Shown piece after piece: positions 1-9,543 of a stretch of 64,000 nt of DNA. The notes under the pieces are model-generated. The model was not told the DNA's origin. It saw nothing but the letters and a program-made list of their open reading frames with translations, and did no database searches. The first letter of the stretch is position 1. Each line of letters starts with the position of its first letter. This DNA comes from Vulcanimicrobiota bacterium. GTDB taxonomy: Bacteria > Vulcanimicrobiota > Vulcanimicrobiia > Vulcanimicrobiales > Vulcanimicrobiaceae. The position numbers and the translations under genes were made by a program. The stretch lies in contig CAVTCS010000003.1 of assembly GCA_963733295.1 (NCBI GenBank), positions 1,664,001 through 1,728,000 on the forward strand, written 5' to 3'.

Positions 1-504
1 GCGCGCGTTTTCGCGTACCTCTCGTTACTCACGGTCGGCGGCGGTATGGCGGCTTTTCCCGAAATGAAGACGCTCGTCGTCGACGTGCATCACTGGCTGA
101 CGTTCCCACAGCTGATCCACTTGTACAGCGTCGGGCAGATGGCGCCCGGTCCGAACATGATGATGGTGGCTTCGGTCGGCGACCGGATCGCCGGCATCCC
201 CGGCGCGTTGATCGCGGCGGCGGCGTTCTTCGTTCCGACCGGAATCTTGACGTTCGTCGTGGGCAATATCTGGGAGAAGCTCGCCAAGTGGCCGTGGCGC
301 CAATCGATTCAGTATGGTCTGGCGCCCGTCGCCGTCGGCCTTGCGGTCGCGGGCACGATCACCCTCGGAAAAGGCGCCATCGGCGGCTGGCTGACCGCAG
401 CACTCGCGCTTGCCGTTTTCCTCGCGACGCTGGGCACGAAAATCAACCCCGCGCTTCTGATCCTCGGCGGCGCTATCGTGGGAGTCGCCGCACTCCGTCC
501 TTGA
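1..504 (+). CDS. Chromate transporter (ChrA family, short-chain), 5'-truncated by window edge
   Basis: Frame is open from base 1 (ARVFAYLSLLTVGGGMAAFPEM...). Contains GGG and GQMAPGPN motifs of CHR transporters and is hydrophobic. Confidence 0.85.
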   Translation, partial: ARVFAYLSLLTVGGGMAAFPEMKTLVVDVHHWLTFPQLIHLYSVGQMAPGPNMMMVASVGDRIAGIPGALIAAAAFFVPTGILTFVVGNIWEKLAKWPWRQSIQYGLAPVAVGLAVAGTITLGKGAIGGWLTAALALAVFLATLGTKINPALLILGGAIVGVAALRP

Positions 505-509
505 CCCGC

Positions 510-672
510 TAGTGTCGCGCCCCAGAGGTTCGTTGCATAAATCGGCGGTGGATTTTTGTTCGTATCGAGGAGCAAGGAGCGTGGAATGACGAGTCATTTG
601 AGCGACGAGCGACGATGATACGGGCAAAAAGCCGCGCCGCGTTATGCGACGAATCTCTGGGGCGCGACACTA
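510..672. mobile_element. MITE-like element with long imperfect terminal inverted repeats
   Basis: 510-540 TAGTGTCGCGCCCCAGAGGTTCGTTGCATAA matches the reverse complement of 642-672 at 29/31 positions. The arms extend imperfectly to about 566 and 617. TA at both ends, no coding capacity. Confidence 0.7.
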
Positions 673-1542
673 TAGCGGAAAGAGCGTCCGCAAGGCGCTA
701 TGATCGCGCTCGCCCTCGCCGCGCGCGATGAGCTCGTCGAAGCGTTCGCGCACGAGCTTCGCCGCGACGAGGTCGAGCGCTCGTTCGTCGCCCGCGTTGG
801 AGGCGATGTTCATGTCCTTGCGGTGAAGCTTCGTCTTGAAACCGGGGTCAAAATTCCGGTCGAGCATGCGTTGACCGTGCACTTCGAGAACCTTGCTTTG
901 CGCGAAACCGCCGAGCAACGCTAGGCGCACCTTTGCAGCGTCGACGCCCGATGCTTCCGCCAGGGCCAGCGCTTCCGCAACCGCTTCGATCGTGACGCCG
1001 ACGACGATCTGATTGCACGCCTTGGTCACTTGACCGGCGCCGCTTGGGCCGACGTGCACGATGTTCTTCCCGAGCGCCTCGAAGATCGGTTTGGCGCGTT
1101 CGAAGGCCGCCTCACTGCCACCGGCCATGATCGAGAGCGTCGCGTTCTTTGCGCCCTGCTCCCCGCCGCTCACCGGCGCGTCCAGCGCGTCGATCTCGCG
1201 CTTGCGCAGAGCTTCCGCTACGCTGCGTGCGCTCGCGGGAGCGATCGTACTCATGTCGATGAACAGCGCGCCGCCGGCGAGTCCCTGCGCGACGCCGTCC
1301 GCGCCGAGGACGACGCTCTCGACGTCGGGCGAATCGGGCAGCATCGTGATGACGACCTGACTTCGTGACGCAACCTCGCGGGGCGAGCCGCCGCGCAGTG
1401 CACCCTCCGCTACCAATTCGTCGACCGGACCCTGCGAGCGATTGGAAACGACCAACGGGTATCCGGCGCGCAACAGGTTGCGCGCCATCGGTTTGCCCAT
1501 GATTCCAAGGCCTACGAACCCGATCGTGGGTTTGCCGCTCAT
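670..1542 (-). CDS. glxR: 2-hydroxy-3-oxopropionate (tartronate semialdehyde) reductase
   Basis: GFVGLGIMG Rossmann motif, DAPVSGG, GQVTKACNQIVV; overlaps hyi. Confidence 0.85.
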   Translation of the reverse strand: MSGKPTIGFVGLGIMGKPMARNLLRAGYPLVVSNRSQGPVDELVAEGALRGGSPREVASRSQVVITMLPDSPDVESVVLGADGVAQGLAGGALFIDMSTIAPASARSVAEALRKREIDALDAPVSGGEQGAKNATLSIMAGGSEAAFERAKPIFEALGKNIVHVGPSGAGQVTKACNQIVVGVTIEAVAEALALAEASGVDAAKVRLALLGGFAQSKVLEVHGQRMLDRNFDPGFKTKLHRKDMNIASNAGDERALDLVAAKLVRERFDELIARGEGERDHSALRTLFPL

Positions 1543-2333
1543 GCGACTACTCCGCCGGCGCGCAGCACGTGCATCCAGCCGAACGTTTCGGAGGTGGCGC
1601 GCGACGGTTTGTACTCGAGTCCCACCCAGCCTTCGTAGCGGAGCTCGTCGAGCTCGGGCAGGATGCGCTCGTATGCGAGTTCGCCCGTGCCCGGTTCGTT
1701 GCGGCCGGGACTGTCGGCAACTTGCACGTGCCGGATGCGGGCGATGTGCGCGCGCAGCGTAGCCAGAATATTCCCTTCGGCGCGCTGCGCGTGGTAGATG
1801 TCGTACTGCAAGCCCAAATTCGGCGCGCCCGTTGCGTCGATGAGCGCGAGCGCTTCCGGCGACGTTCCGATCAAGAATCCGGGCGTTTCGATACGGTTGA
1901 GCGGCTCGATCACGAGCGTTATACCCTCCTTGCCCAGTTCGCCCGCCGCAAATCGAAGGTTGTCGAGCAGGGTCGCGCGAGCGAGCGCCGGATCGAGACC
2001 GGGAATCGCTTTACCGACGAGACAGTTGATCCGCGTGCATCCGAGTTCGCGCGCCGCGACGCGCGCCGCCTCCACGCCGCGCCGGAACTCGCCGGTTCGC
2101 GACGGGTCCGAGGCGAAGCCGCGTTCGCCCGATGCGAAGTCTCCGACGGGCAAATTGAAAAGCACCTGCTCGATGCCGTGCCGGCGCAGCCGGCGCCGGA
2201 TCTCGGCGATTTCGAACTCGTACGGCGACATGTACTCGACGCCGGTGAAACCATCCGAAGCGGCGGCGTCGATCCGCTCGAGAAACGGAACCTCTTGGTA
2301 CAGAAACGAGAGATTCGCCGAAAAGCGTGGCAT
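1539..2333 (-). CDS. hyi: Hydroxypyruvate isomerase
   Basis: MPRFSANLSFLY start, IEPLN, QYDIYHAQ, HVQVADSPGRNEPGTGE, GLEYKP. Confidence 0.9.
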   Translation of the reverse strand: MPRFSANLSFLYQEVPFLERIDAAASDGFTGVEYMSPYEFEIAEIRRRLRRHGIEQVLFNLPVGDFASGERGFASDPSRTGEFRRGVEAARVAARELGCTRINCLVGKAIPGLDPALARATLLDNLRFAAGELGKEGITLVIEPLNRIETPGFLIGTSPEALALIDATGAPNLGLQYDIYHAQRAEGNILATLRAHIARIRHVQVADSPGRNEPGTGELAYERILPELDELRYEGWVGLEYKPSRATSETFGWMHVLRAGGVVA

Positions 2334-2444
2334 CTTCGGGGGTTTCTCCTTCGAGCGTGGCTTCTTCCCGTCGTTCGCAAGTCTTTTACGCCGCCGGGAA
2401 AAGCCGCGAGCGAAGCCTAACGGCTCCGGTTAGCTGCCCTTAGA

Positions 2445-2843
2445 ATGCGAGCTGGATTGAGCGAGTTTTTCGGGTCCAACATCGAGTGGATTCTCGTGGT
2501 CTCGGGAGTGCTGACCGCGCTTGCGGGAGCCTGTGCGTTCCTGTTTCCAAAACCCCTGCTGCGCCTGATCTTCAAGGTCGAGAATCCCGACGCAGCGATC
2601 CTCTTCTTCGTCATGCATTGGGGCATCCTGATCTTCGTCGTCGGTGCGCTTCTCAAGGTCGTGGCGTACGAACCCGGCCTGCGCGCTCCGGTGCTCATCG
2701 CAGCCGCGATCGAAAAATTCGGGATCCTCTTTCTCGTCCTGTTCGGACCGCTAAAACGGACGCTCGGGATGACGGCGATCGCCGCCTTTGACGGATCCTT
2801 GGCGGTGATCTACGTGCTCTACCTGGTCAGCATGCCGCGCTGA
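2445..2843 (+). CDS. Hypothetical membrane protein (about 4 TM)
   Basis: Hydrophobic 132-aa ORF directly upstream of the antiporter. Confidence 0.7.
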   Translation: MRAGLSEFFGSNIEWILVVSGVLTALAGACAFLFPKPLLRLIFKVENPDAAILFFVMHWGILIFVVGALLKVVAYEPGLRAPVLIAAAIEKFGILFLVLFGPLKRTLGMTAIAAFDGSLAVIYVLYLVSMPR

Positions 2844-2850
2844 CGTTCGC

Positions 2851-4479
2851 ATGAGCCTCAGCACGCCGGCGCTCGTCTTTTGGATGCTTCTCGCGATCAC
2901 GCTCTTTGCGATCGTGTCGCGGCTCGTCCGGGTCCCGTACCCCATCGTGATGCTGGTCGGCGGCGGACTCCTCGCGCTACTGCCGGGACTGCACCCGGTG
3001 ACGCTCGCGCCCGACGTCGTCTTCCTCGTTTTGCTGCCGCTGCTGCTGTTCGGCGGCGGCTGGACCACCGATTTTCAGGCGTTCAAAGAGTTCTTGATTC
3101 CGATTCTGTGGCTCGCGCTCCCCGTCGTCGTGATGACGACGGTAGCGGTCGCGTACCTCGCGCACGCTTGGATGGGACTGCCCCTGGCCTCGGCCTTCGT
3201 CCTCGGTGCGATCCTCTCACCATCGGATGCCATCGCGACCGAAGCGATAGCTCAGGAGATCCCGTTTCCGCGCGGGTCCGAAGCGATCTTGAGCGGCGAA
3301 AGCTTGGTCAACGATGCGGTCGCGCTCGTCATCTATGGCTTCGCCGTTGCGGCCGTTTCGAGAGGAACGTTTTCGCTCGCACCCGCTACCGTCGACTTCA
3401 TCTACGTTGTCGTTGCGGGAGTCGCGATCGGGATTCTCGTCGCATGGGCAATGTACGGAGTCGCCCGCTTGATGCAAAGAGCGAACTTGAACGACGAGCT
3501 AATGGGCGTGCTGTTGTCCGTCGTGACGCCGTTCATGACGTACTTGCCGGCACAGGAAGCGCAGGCTTCGGGCGTGCTCGCCGCCGTCTCGGGTGGAGTC
3601 TTCCTGAGTGCGCGCTCGGACAAGATCTTCGATGCGGACCAGCGGATCGCGGCGACCAGCGTGTGGGTCACGATCACGTTCGCCCTGAACGGCTTTGCCT
3701 TCATCCTCGTCGGATTGCAATTGCGCTCGGTATTCGCAGAGCTTACCTCATTCCGGGCCTCGACGTTGCTAGCCTATGCGCTCGAAGTTGCGGCTGTTAT
3801 CGTCGCGGTGCGGATGCTGGCCGTTTTCGCCGGCGGTTCGTTCCGCTGGAGTCGACGCAAGGCGCAGGGAGCGGCAGTCGGGCCGCATCCACCCTGGGGC
3901 GAATTCTTCATCACCGGCTGGGCCGGCATGCGCGGCATCGTTACGTTGGCAGGGGCGCTCGCGATCCCGGCCGTCACGGCGGCGGGCCAGCCCTTTCCAG
4001 GCCGCGCGCTGATCCTCTACTTGGCCTTCACGACGATCGTCATCACCTTGATCGGGCAGGGCTTGACGCTTCCGTTCATCGTGCGCCGGCTTGGCCCCGG
4101 CCGGGACGGCCTTCTCGAGCGCGATCTCGCGCTGGCGCAACTGACCTTGGCCACGGCCGGACGCGAACGCCTGCGCGAACTCGAGGCTGGTTTCACAACG
4201 ACCGCGCAATGGGAAGTGGCATCACGTCTGATCGGCACGCTCGATCAACGAATCGCGCGGGCCAAAACGATGATCGAGGGCGGAGCCGGCGATGAGAAAC
4301 CATCCGATCTCCCTTCGATCGACCACACCCTGCAGAGAGCGATCCATCAAGCCGAACGCGCTGCGCTCGAAGCGCTGCGGCGCAAACGCCAAATCGGCGA
4401 CCGCGCGTTCCGCCATACCCAGTACGAGATCGACCTCGCGGAATCTCTGCTAAAACAGAACTCGCCCTTCGCGGAGTAA
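2851..4479 (+). CDS. Na+/H+ antiporter, CPA1 family
   Basis: LGAILSPSDA, GESLVNDA, GWAGMRGIVTLA motifs; multiple TM helices; soluble C-terminal tail. Confidence 0.9.
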   Translation: MSLSTPALVFWMLLAITLFAIVSRLVRVPYPIVMLVGGGLLALLPGLHPVTLAPDVVFLVLLPLLLFGGGWTTDFQAFKEFLIPILWLALPVVVMTTVAVAYLAHAWMGLPLASAFVLGAILSPSDAIATEAIAQEIPFPRGSEAILSGESLVNDAVALVIYGFAVAAVSRGTFSLAPATVDFIYVVVAGVAIGILVAWAMYGVARLMQRANLNDELMGVLLSVVTPFMTYLPAQEAQASGVLAAVSGGVFLSARSDKIFDADQRIAATSVWVTITFALNGFAFILVGLQLRSVFAELTSFRASTLLAYALEVAAVIVAVRMLAVFAGGSFRWSRRKAQGAAVGPHPPWGEFFITGWAGMRGIVTLAGALAIPAVTAAGQPFPGRALILYLAFTTIVITLIGQGLTLPFIVRRLGPGRDGLLERDLALAQLTLATAGRERLRELEAGFTTTAQWEVASRLIGTLDQRIARAKTMIEGGAGDEKPSDLPSIDHTLQRAIHQAERAALEALRRKRQIGDRAFRHTQYEIDLAESLLKQNSPFAE

Positions 4480-4487
4480 GAGCCCCG

Positions 4488-5783
4488 TCACCAGCCGATC
4501 TTCGCGAAGTGGACGATCGCTAAGGCATCCGGCGCTGACGTTGCTAGGTAGACGACGCCACTGACTCCGACGAGAAGAGTCACGACGGCGGCCGCGAGAG
4601 CAAGCGGGACGCCGATGCGATATTCGCCCATCAGCGTGCGATCGCGCGCGAGCGCGATCAGCATGACCAGCGTCACGGGCGTCGCGATCCCGCCGACGAT
4701 CGAAGCGGCTACGAGAAACGCGATCGGCGCAAAACCTACGAAGGCGACAAGCGTTCCGAGCGCGATGGCGGCCGCGACGACGCCGTAGAAACCTGGTGCT
4801 TCCGAGGGCTTGGCGTCGAGGCCGCGCTGCCATCCGAACGATTCGGCGACGACGTAACCGATCGACGCCGCGATCACCGGAACCGCGATGATCGTCGAGG
4901 CGAGAAGTCCGACGGCGAACACGATCGGAGCGAACGCACCGGCGAGAGGCTCCAGCGCGCGTGCCGCATCGGCAGCCGTTTCGACCGAATGTCCGCTCAC
5001 ACCGAGCGTCGCGCCCGTGCCGACCAGAATAAAAAAGAAACTGCAGACCGGAAAGATCAGGCCGAGGACCGCGTCGCGCTGGACGAAGCGGAGCTTCGCC
5101 GCGGACTCTTTCCGCTGCGAGACCTCGATCGATTCCCAGAGATACACGTAGCTCGTCAACGTCGTTCCGAGTAGCGCGACCGCTCCCCCGATATGCACGG
5201 CGTCCCAGCTGAATCGCGGGAACACGACGGCTCGCGCGATCTGTCCCCAATCGGGATGCGCGAGTACCGTGCTCGCGACATATGCCAAAAATCCGAGCGT
5301 CGCAAAAGCGAGGATCCGCTCGATCTGCGCGTAGCGTCTCGTGCATAACAAAAGCGCGGTGATCGCCGCGATCGGGGCGATCAGCCAACTGCTCGGCAGG
5401 CCGACCAAAAGGTTCAAAGCTTCGGCGCCGGCTTTGATGTCAGCGGCGAGCGTCAGCAAACTGACGGGCGCGATGCAGAACAGAGAGACCAGCGCGATCC
5501 CGAGGCCGTAGCGCTTGCGCAGCGCTGCTTGGAATCCCGTTCCCGCAACGGTCCCGATCGCGGCAGCAAGCGCCTGCACGACGGCCAGCATCGGCAGGAT
5601 CAAAAGAACGAGCCAAGCCAGGCTATATCCGGTCGATGCACCGACGACCGCGAGCGAGGCCACCGTCGTCGGATCGTTATTGGACGAGCCCGCGACGAAG
5701 CCGGGACCGAAGAGTCCAAGGAATCGCTTGCGGGGACCGCCTTCGGCCGGCATCGCCGCCGGTTCACAGTGAATCGCGGACAT
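4488..5783 (-). CDS. NRAMP-family divalent metal transporter
   Basis: GPGFVAGSSNNDP and LLGTTLTSY motifs, about 11 TM. Start placed at ATG 5783 (MSAIHCEP). Confidence 0.8.
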   Translation of the reverse strand: MSAIHCEPAAMPAEGGPRKRFLGLFGPGFVAGSSNNDPTTVASLAVVGASTGYSLAWLVLLILPMLAVVQALAAAIGTVAGTGFQAALRKRYGLGIALVSLFCIAPVSLLTLAADIKAGAEALNLLVGLPSSWLIAPIAAITALLLCTRRYAQIERILAFATLGFLAYVASTVLAHPDWGQIARAVVFPRFSWDAVHIGGAVALLGTTLTSYVYLWESIEVSQRKESAAKLRFVQRDAVLGLIFPVCSFFFILVGTGATLGVSGHSVETAADAARALEPLAGAFAPIVFAVGLLASTIIAVPVIAASIGYVVAESFGWQRGLDAKPSEAPGFYGVVAAAIALGTLVAFVGFAPIAFLVAASIVGGIATPVTLVMLIALARDRTLMGEYRIGVPLALAAAVVTLLVGVSGVVYLATSAPDALAIVHFAKIGW

Positions 5784-5877
5784 CGGCGCTTGGTTTTGCG
5801 GCGCGTCCGAGCCGGCCCTGTTACAGGCGAAGCGCTCAGGCAGGCGTCGCCGAGCACCGCGCTCGTATACACGAACG

Positions 5878-6651
5878 ATGATCGAAGAGTACGTCGGGAT
5901 CGAAACGCGCGACGGCCTGATGGACACGTTCGTCTGCCGCCCGGAACGCAACGCTCCTTTCCCCATCATCCTCTTTTTCATGGACGCACCGGGCATCCGC
6001 GAAGAGCTCCGCGACATGGTGCGGAGGTTCGCCGCCGTCGGCTACTACGTGATGTTGCCGAACCTCTACTATCGCTCCGGCGTCACCGAATTGGGCCCAA
6101 TCTCGCTCGAGGAGAACCATCCTTCGCGCGTTCGGATGACCGAGCTCAAAGATTCTCTGTCGATTCGGATGGTCGGCGATGACACGGACGCGCTGATCGC
6201 TTTCGCCGGCGAGCAGGCGGCACCGAGCGCCACGCCGATCGGTTGCGTCGGGTACTGCATGAGCGGACAATATGCGACCGGAGCGGCGCTGCGCTACCCC
6301 GAGCGCATCGCAGCGGCGGCCTCGATCTACGGAATTTCGCTCGTAACCGATCGGCCGGACAGCCCTCACCTCGCTCCGCAGCGCACGAACGCGGAGTATT
6401 ACTTCGCCTGCGCCGAAACCGACCGCTGGGTACCAGTCGAAATGGTGGACGAGCTGCGCCGCGCGCTTGCCGGAGCGAAGAACGCCGAGGTCGAGTTGTA
6501 CCCCGGCGTCGAGCACGGCTTTGCATTCCCCAAGCGACCCGCCTACCACAAACCTTCGGCCGAGCGGCATTGGGAACGGCTTTTCGCGCTCTTCGCCCGC
6601 CGCTTACGCAGCGAGGGAATGCATCGAGATCCGCGCGAAGCCGTCACGTAG
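5878..6651 (+). CDS. Dienelactone hydrolase family protein
   Basis: MDAPGIR, nucleophile motif GYCMSG, HGFAFP. Confidence 0.9.
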   Translation: MIEEYVGIETRDGLMDTFVCRPERNAPFPIILFFMDAPGIREELRDMVRRFAAVGYYVMLPNLYYRSGVTELGPISLEENHPSRVRMTELKDSLSIRMVGDDTDALIAFAGEQAAPSATPIGCVGYCMSGQYATGAALRYPERIAAAASIYGISLVTDRPDSPHLAPQRTNAEYYFACAETDRWVPVEMVDELRRALAGAKNAEVELYPGVEHGFAFPKRPAYHKPSAERHWERLFALFARRLRSEGMHRDPREAVT

Positions 6652-6652
6652 T

Positions 6653-7270
6653 ATGGAACAGACGAGCGCCGATCGAGTCCTGAACGTCTGGTCGGACGTC
6701 GTCTGACCGTTTTGTTATCTCGGCTCGGTCTGGGTCGAGGAGGCTGCGCGGCAACTCGGGGTGCGCACTCGCTGGCTGCCCTTCGAGCTCCATGCCGGCA
6801 CGCCGCCGGAAGGCGCGGACAAGCCGTTCACCGACGCGCAATGGCCCGCCATCCGCGAGCGACTCATCGGAATTGCGCGCAACGTCGGCCTGCCGCTCGA
6901 TCCTCCCCGTCGTAACGTGAACTCGCGCCTCGCGCTCGAGACGATGGAACTCGTGCGAGCGCGCCGGGGCGATGACGCCGCTGCAAGGTTCCACCACGCG
7001 GTGTCGCGCGCGTTCTTCGTCGACCGCGCGAACATTGCCGATCCCGCCGTCATTGCTGCCCAAGCATCGGTGTTCGGAGTCACGCCGGACGAGGTTGAAG
7101 CCGCGTGGAAAACGCATGCGTTCGCGCCTGCGGTTGATGCGTCGATCGCCGCTTCATTCGCCGCAGGAGTCCGGGGCGTGCCCGCCTTTGGATGGCCCGG
7201 CACTCGTGCCACGAGCGGTATGATGGAGCCCACCCAAATCATCAACGCTCTCGGGCCGCCGCCCGCCTAG
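6653..7270 (+). CDS. DsbA/FrnE-like thiol-disulfide oxidoreductase, probable selenoprotein (UxxC)
   Basis: ATG 6653 reads MEQTSADRVLNVWSDVV-TGA(6704-6706)-PFCYLG...WLPFEL...GVRGVPAF, in frame with ORF 6761-7270. The TGA falls on the first Cys of the DxxCPxCY motif. Confidence 0.85.
6719..6739 (+). promoter_or_regulatory. Putative bacterial SECIS element
   Basis: CTCGGCTC-GGTCT-GGGTCGAG: 8-bp stem (two G-U pairs) with a GGUCU loop, starting 12 nt after the in-frame UGA. Confidence 0.7.
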
Positions 7271-8064
7271 AAAAACTTGCTGGGAAGGGGAGGAAAATCG
7301 ATCGAGCGATCCGGCACGAACACCGGCCGCGAATGCGAATTGACGAACGCTGAAACGTCGATCGCCTCTTGGTCCGTCAGCGTGCCGCCCTGGCCGAGGG
7401 GCATATTTGCTTTCACGAAGCCGGGCATCTTGGTGTTCATGCCCGCGCCGGTATTGAACGAGGTTGGACCCCACAGCGGTGGAATGCCGGCACTCCCCGC
7501 GCCGTCGGCGCCGTGGCAGAGCGCGCACTTGGCGTTAAACAGCGCGCCCCCCGCAGCCACGTCGGCGGGATGCGAGGCCGTTACCGTCACGAAGTCCTGA
7601 TTGGGGAAACCGGTCCCCACCGGCGCTCCGCGCGAGAGAAACGCGATGTACGCCGTCATCGCGATCATCTCTTTACTCGAATAGGCGGGTGGGCGGCCGT
7701 TCATGCTATAGAGGAAACACTCCGCAATGCGATCTTGCAGCGCGATAAAGCGTCCCGAGCGCCGATTCCATTGCGGAAACTTCGCGTAGATTCCGAGGAA
7801 CGAACCACCGTGCGGAACGGTACCCGCGTTGAGATGGCAGGCCGCGCAGTCCATACGCGCGCCGACGTTGTTCGGCATGAGCTTCCGCGTATCGGTGATG
7901 AGGTCGCGGCCGTACGCGATCAATTGGCCCTCCGCGCCCGGCGGCAGCGTCGCGGTCGCCGCGGCGGTCGCCGGATCTGCTTGCGCGCCGGTCGGCGAGG
8001 GCGCGCTCGAAACGGCGACGGCAAAAACGAGGCACAAGATACCGAGTGCGAGGGTTGCCTTCAT
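7267..8064 (-). CDS. tsdA: Diheme cytochrome c, TsdA (thiosulfate dehydrogenase/tetrathionate reductase)-like
   Basis: Signal peptide from ATG 8064; CAACH and CALCH heme motifs; RIAECFLYSMNG (catalytic Cys); SFNTGAGM; FVKANMPLG. Confidence 0.75.
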   Translation of the reverse strand: MKATLALGILCLVFAVAVSSAPSPTGAQADPATAAATATLPPGAEGQLIAYGRDLITDTRKLMPNNVGARMDCAACHLNAGTVPHGGSFLGIYAKFPQWNRRSGRFIALQDRIAECFLYSMNGRPPAYSSKEMIAMTAYIAFLSRGAPVGTGFPNQDFVTVTASHPADVAAGGALFNAKCALCHGADGAGSAGIPPLWGPTSFNTGAGMNTKMPGFVKANMPLGQGGTLTDQEAIDVSAFVNSHSRPVFVPDRSIDFPPLPSKFF

Positions 8065-9542
8065 GCGCCCGGTCTTTCGCGACGCCAGTCCGCCGAGACC
8101 TTCGGATCGTAGCGCCGAACGAGCGGCCCGATGACCTGACGTCGCTGGACGGTGCGGCGAAACAGCCACATCCAGATTCCGGCGAAATTCGCGAGCGTCA
8201 TCAGTTGCCGGTAGCCCACGTGTTCCAAAACCGAAAGCATCAGTAAGCGCACGACGTCGCCCGAGCGGTACAAGCCGAAACAGCGTTGTTCGATCAGAAC
8301 CGAGAGCGCGGACACCGGCAAAGCAAGCGCGAACACGAGGATCAGCAGAACGACTTGCGCCCACAACGCGAGATATCCGAGAAAAAACATGATTCCGGCG
8401 AAGGTCAAGCCTATCGGCACCGCGACCGGCGCCAACCACTCGTAGAAAAAGAGATACGGCAGGCCGGCCCAGCCGATCGCGCCGGCCCCCGGCGCGAAGC
8501 AGAGCCTCCTGTGCAGCGACATCGACTCGCTCAAGTGACGGTGCCAGCCGACGCGCTGCTTCCACAGGGATTCGACCGTCGCGGGAACCATCGTCCAACA
8601 CACGATGAACGGTGTGAAGGCGACGCGATACGGCCGCTGCGCCGCGCGCAGCAAGTGGTGCACGCGAATCGTCATCTCCATGTCTTCCCAGATCGTGTCG
8701 GTCCGAAAGCCGCCGGCTTCGAACACGATGTCCTTGCGGTACATCCCGCATGCCCCAGACACGGTACCCAGCGCGTTGACCGAGGCCCACGAAAAACGCG
8801 CCTCAAAGAAAGCGCGCAAGTACTCCAAGACTTGAAAGGCCGCGACCGTACTGCGCGGGAGGCGCACGTCAGTCAGCACGCCGTCGCGGAGCGTGCAGTC
8901 GTTCGCGACCCCGATCCCGGCGCCGCAAATAACGGTCGTGTCGTCGCGCAGGAACGGTAGCGCGAGATGGTCGAGGGTTTGCGGCACGTAGAATGAGTCG
9001 CCGTCCACGAAGAAGAGCAGCGGGAACTGCGCGTGATTCGTTCCCGCGTTGAGCGCGTCGGCTTTCCCGCCGTTTACCTTGTCGATGACGCTCAACGTGG
9101 GGTGACTCGCCGATCGGTAGACGGCGCGAATCGCTGCAGTCGGGAACGCCGGAACGGCGTTCGATGCTTCGGTAGTTTCGAGCGAGAATGCCGACTGTAG
9201 CAGCTCGAGGGTATCGTCGCTCGAGCCGTCGTTGACGACGATGATTTCGAAGAGCGGATACGTCATCGCCAGCAGAGAGCGAACCGTTGCGATCACGTGC
9301 TCCGATTCGTTGTAGGCCGGAACCACTACGCTGACGCCGAGTGCTTCGCGCGACGTCAGCGTCTGCGTCATCGTTGCTTGCTCGCGCCGAACGGAAGCCG
9401 GGAGCTTGAACAACGCGGTCAAGGCGGTCCAAACGTAAATCGCGTTGACGCCTGCGAAGTAACCCAGCAGCACGATCTCGATCGCCAGGATTACGATCTG
9501 CGTCAAAGGGTCCGTTACCGCGTGCTCGCGGTAAACGAGCAT
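8061..9542 (-). CDS. Processive glycosyltransferase family 2 (PgaC/IcaA-like)
   Basis: VPAYNE, NDGSSD, KVNGGKADALN, VDGDS, WEDME, QRVGW (QxxRW variant); N- and C-terminal TMs. Confidence 0.9.
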   Translation of the reverse strand: MLVYREHAVTDPLTQIVILAIEIVLLGYFAGVNAIYVWTALTALFKLPASVRREQATMTQTLTSREALGVSVVVPAYNESEHVIATVRSLLAMTYPLFEIIVVNDGSSDDTLELLQSAFSLETTEASNAVPAFPTAAIRAVYRSASHPTLSVIDKVNGGKADALNAGTNHAQFPLLFFVDGDSFYVPQTLDHLALPFLRDDTTVICGAGIGVANDCTLRDGVLTDVRLPRSTVAAFQVLEYLRAFFEARFSWASVNALGTVSGACGMYRKDIVFEAGGFRTDTIWEDMEMTIRVHHLLRAAQRPYRVAFTPFIVCWTMVPATVESLWKQRVGWHRHLSESMSLHRRLCFAPGAGAIGWAGLPYLFFYEWLAPVAVPIGLTFAGIMFFLGYLALWAQVVLLILVFALALPVSALSVLIEQRCFGLYRSGDVVRLLMLSVLEHVGYRQLMTLANFAGIWMWLFRRTVQRRQVIGPLVRRYDPKVSADWRRERPGA

Positions 9543-9543
9543 A

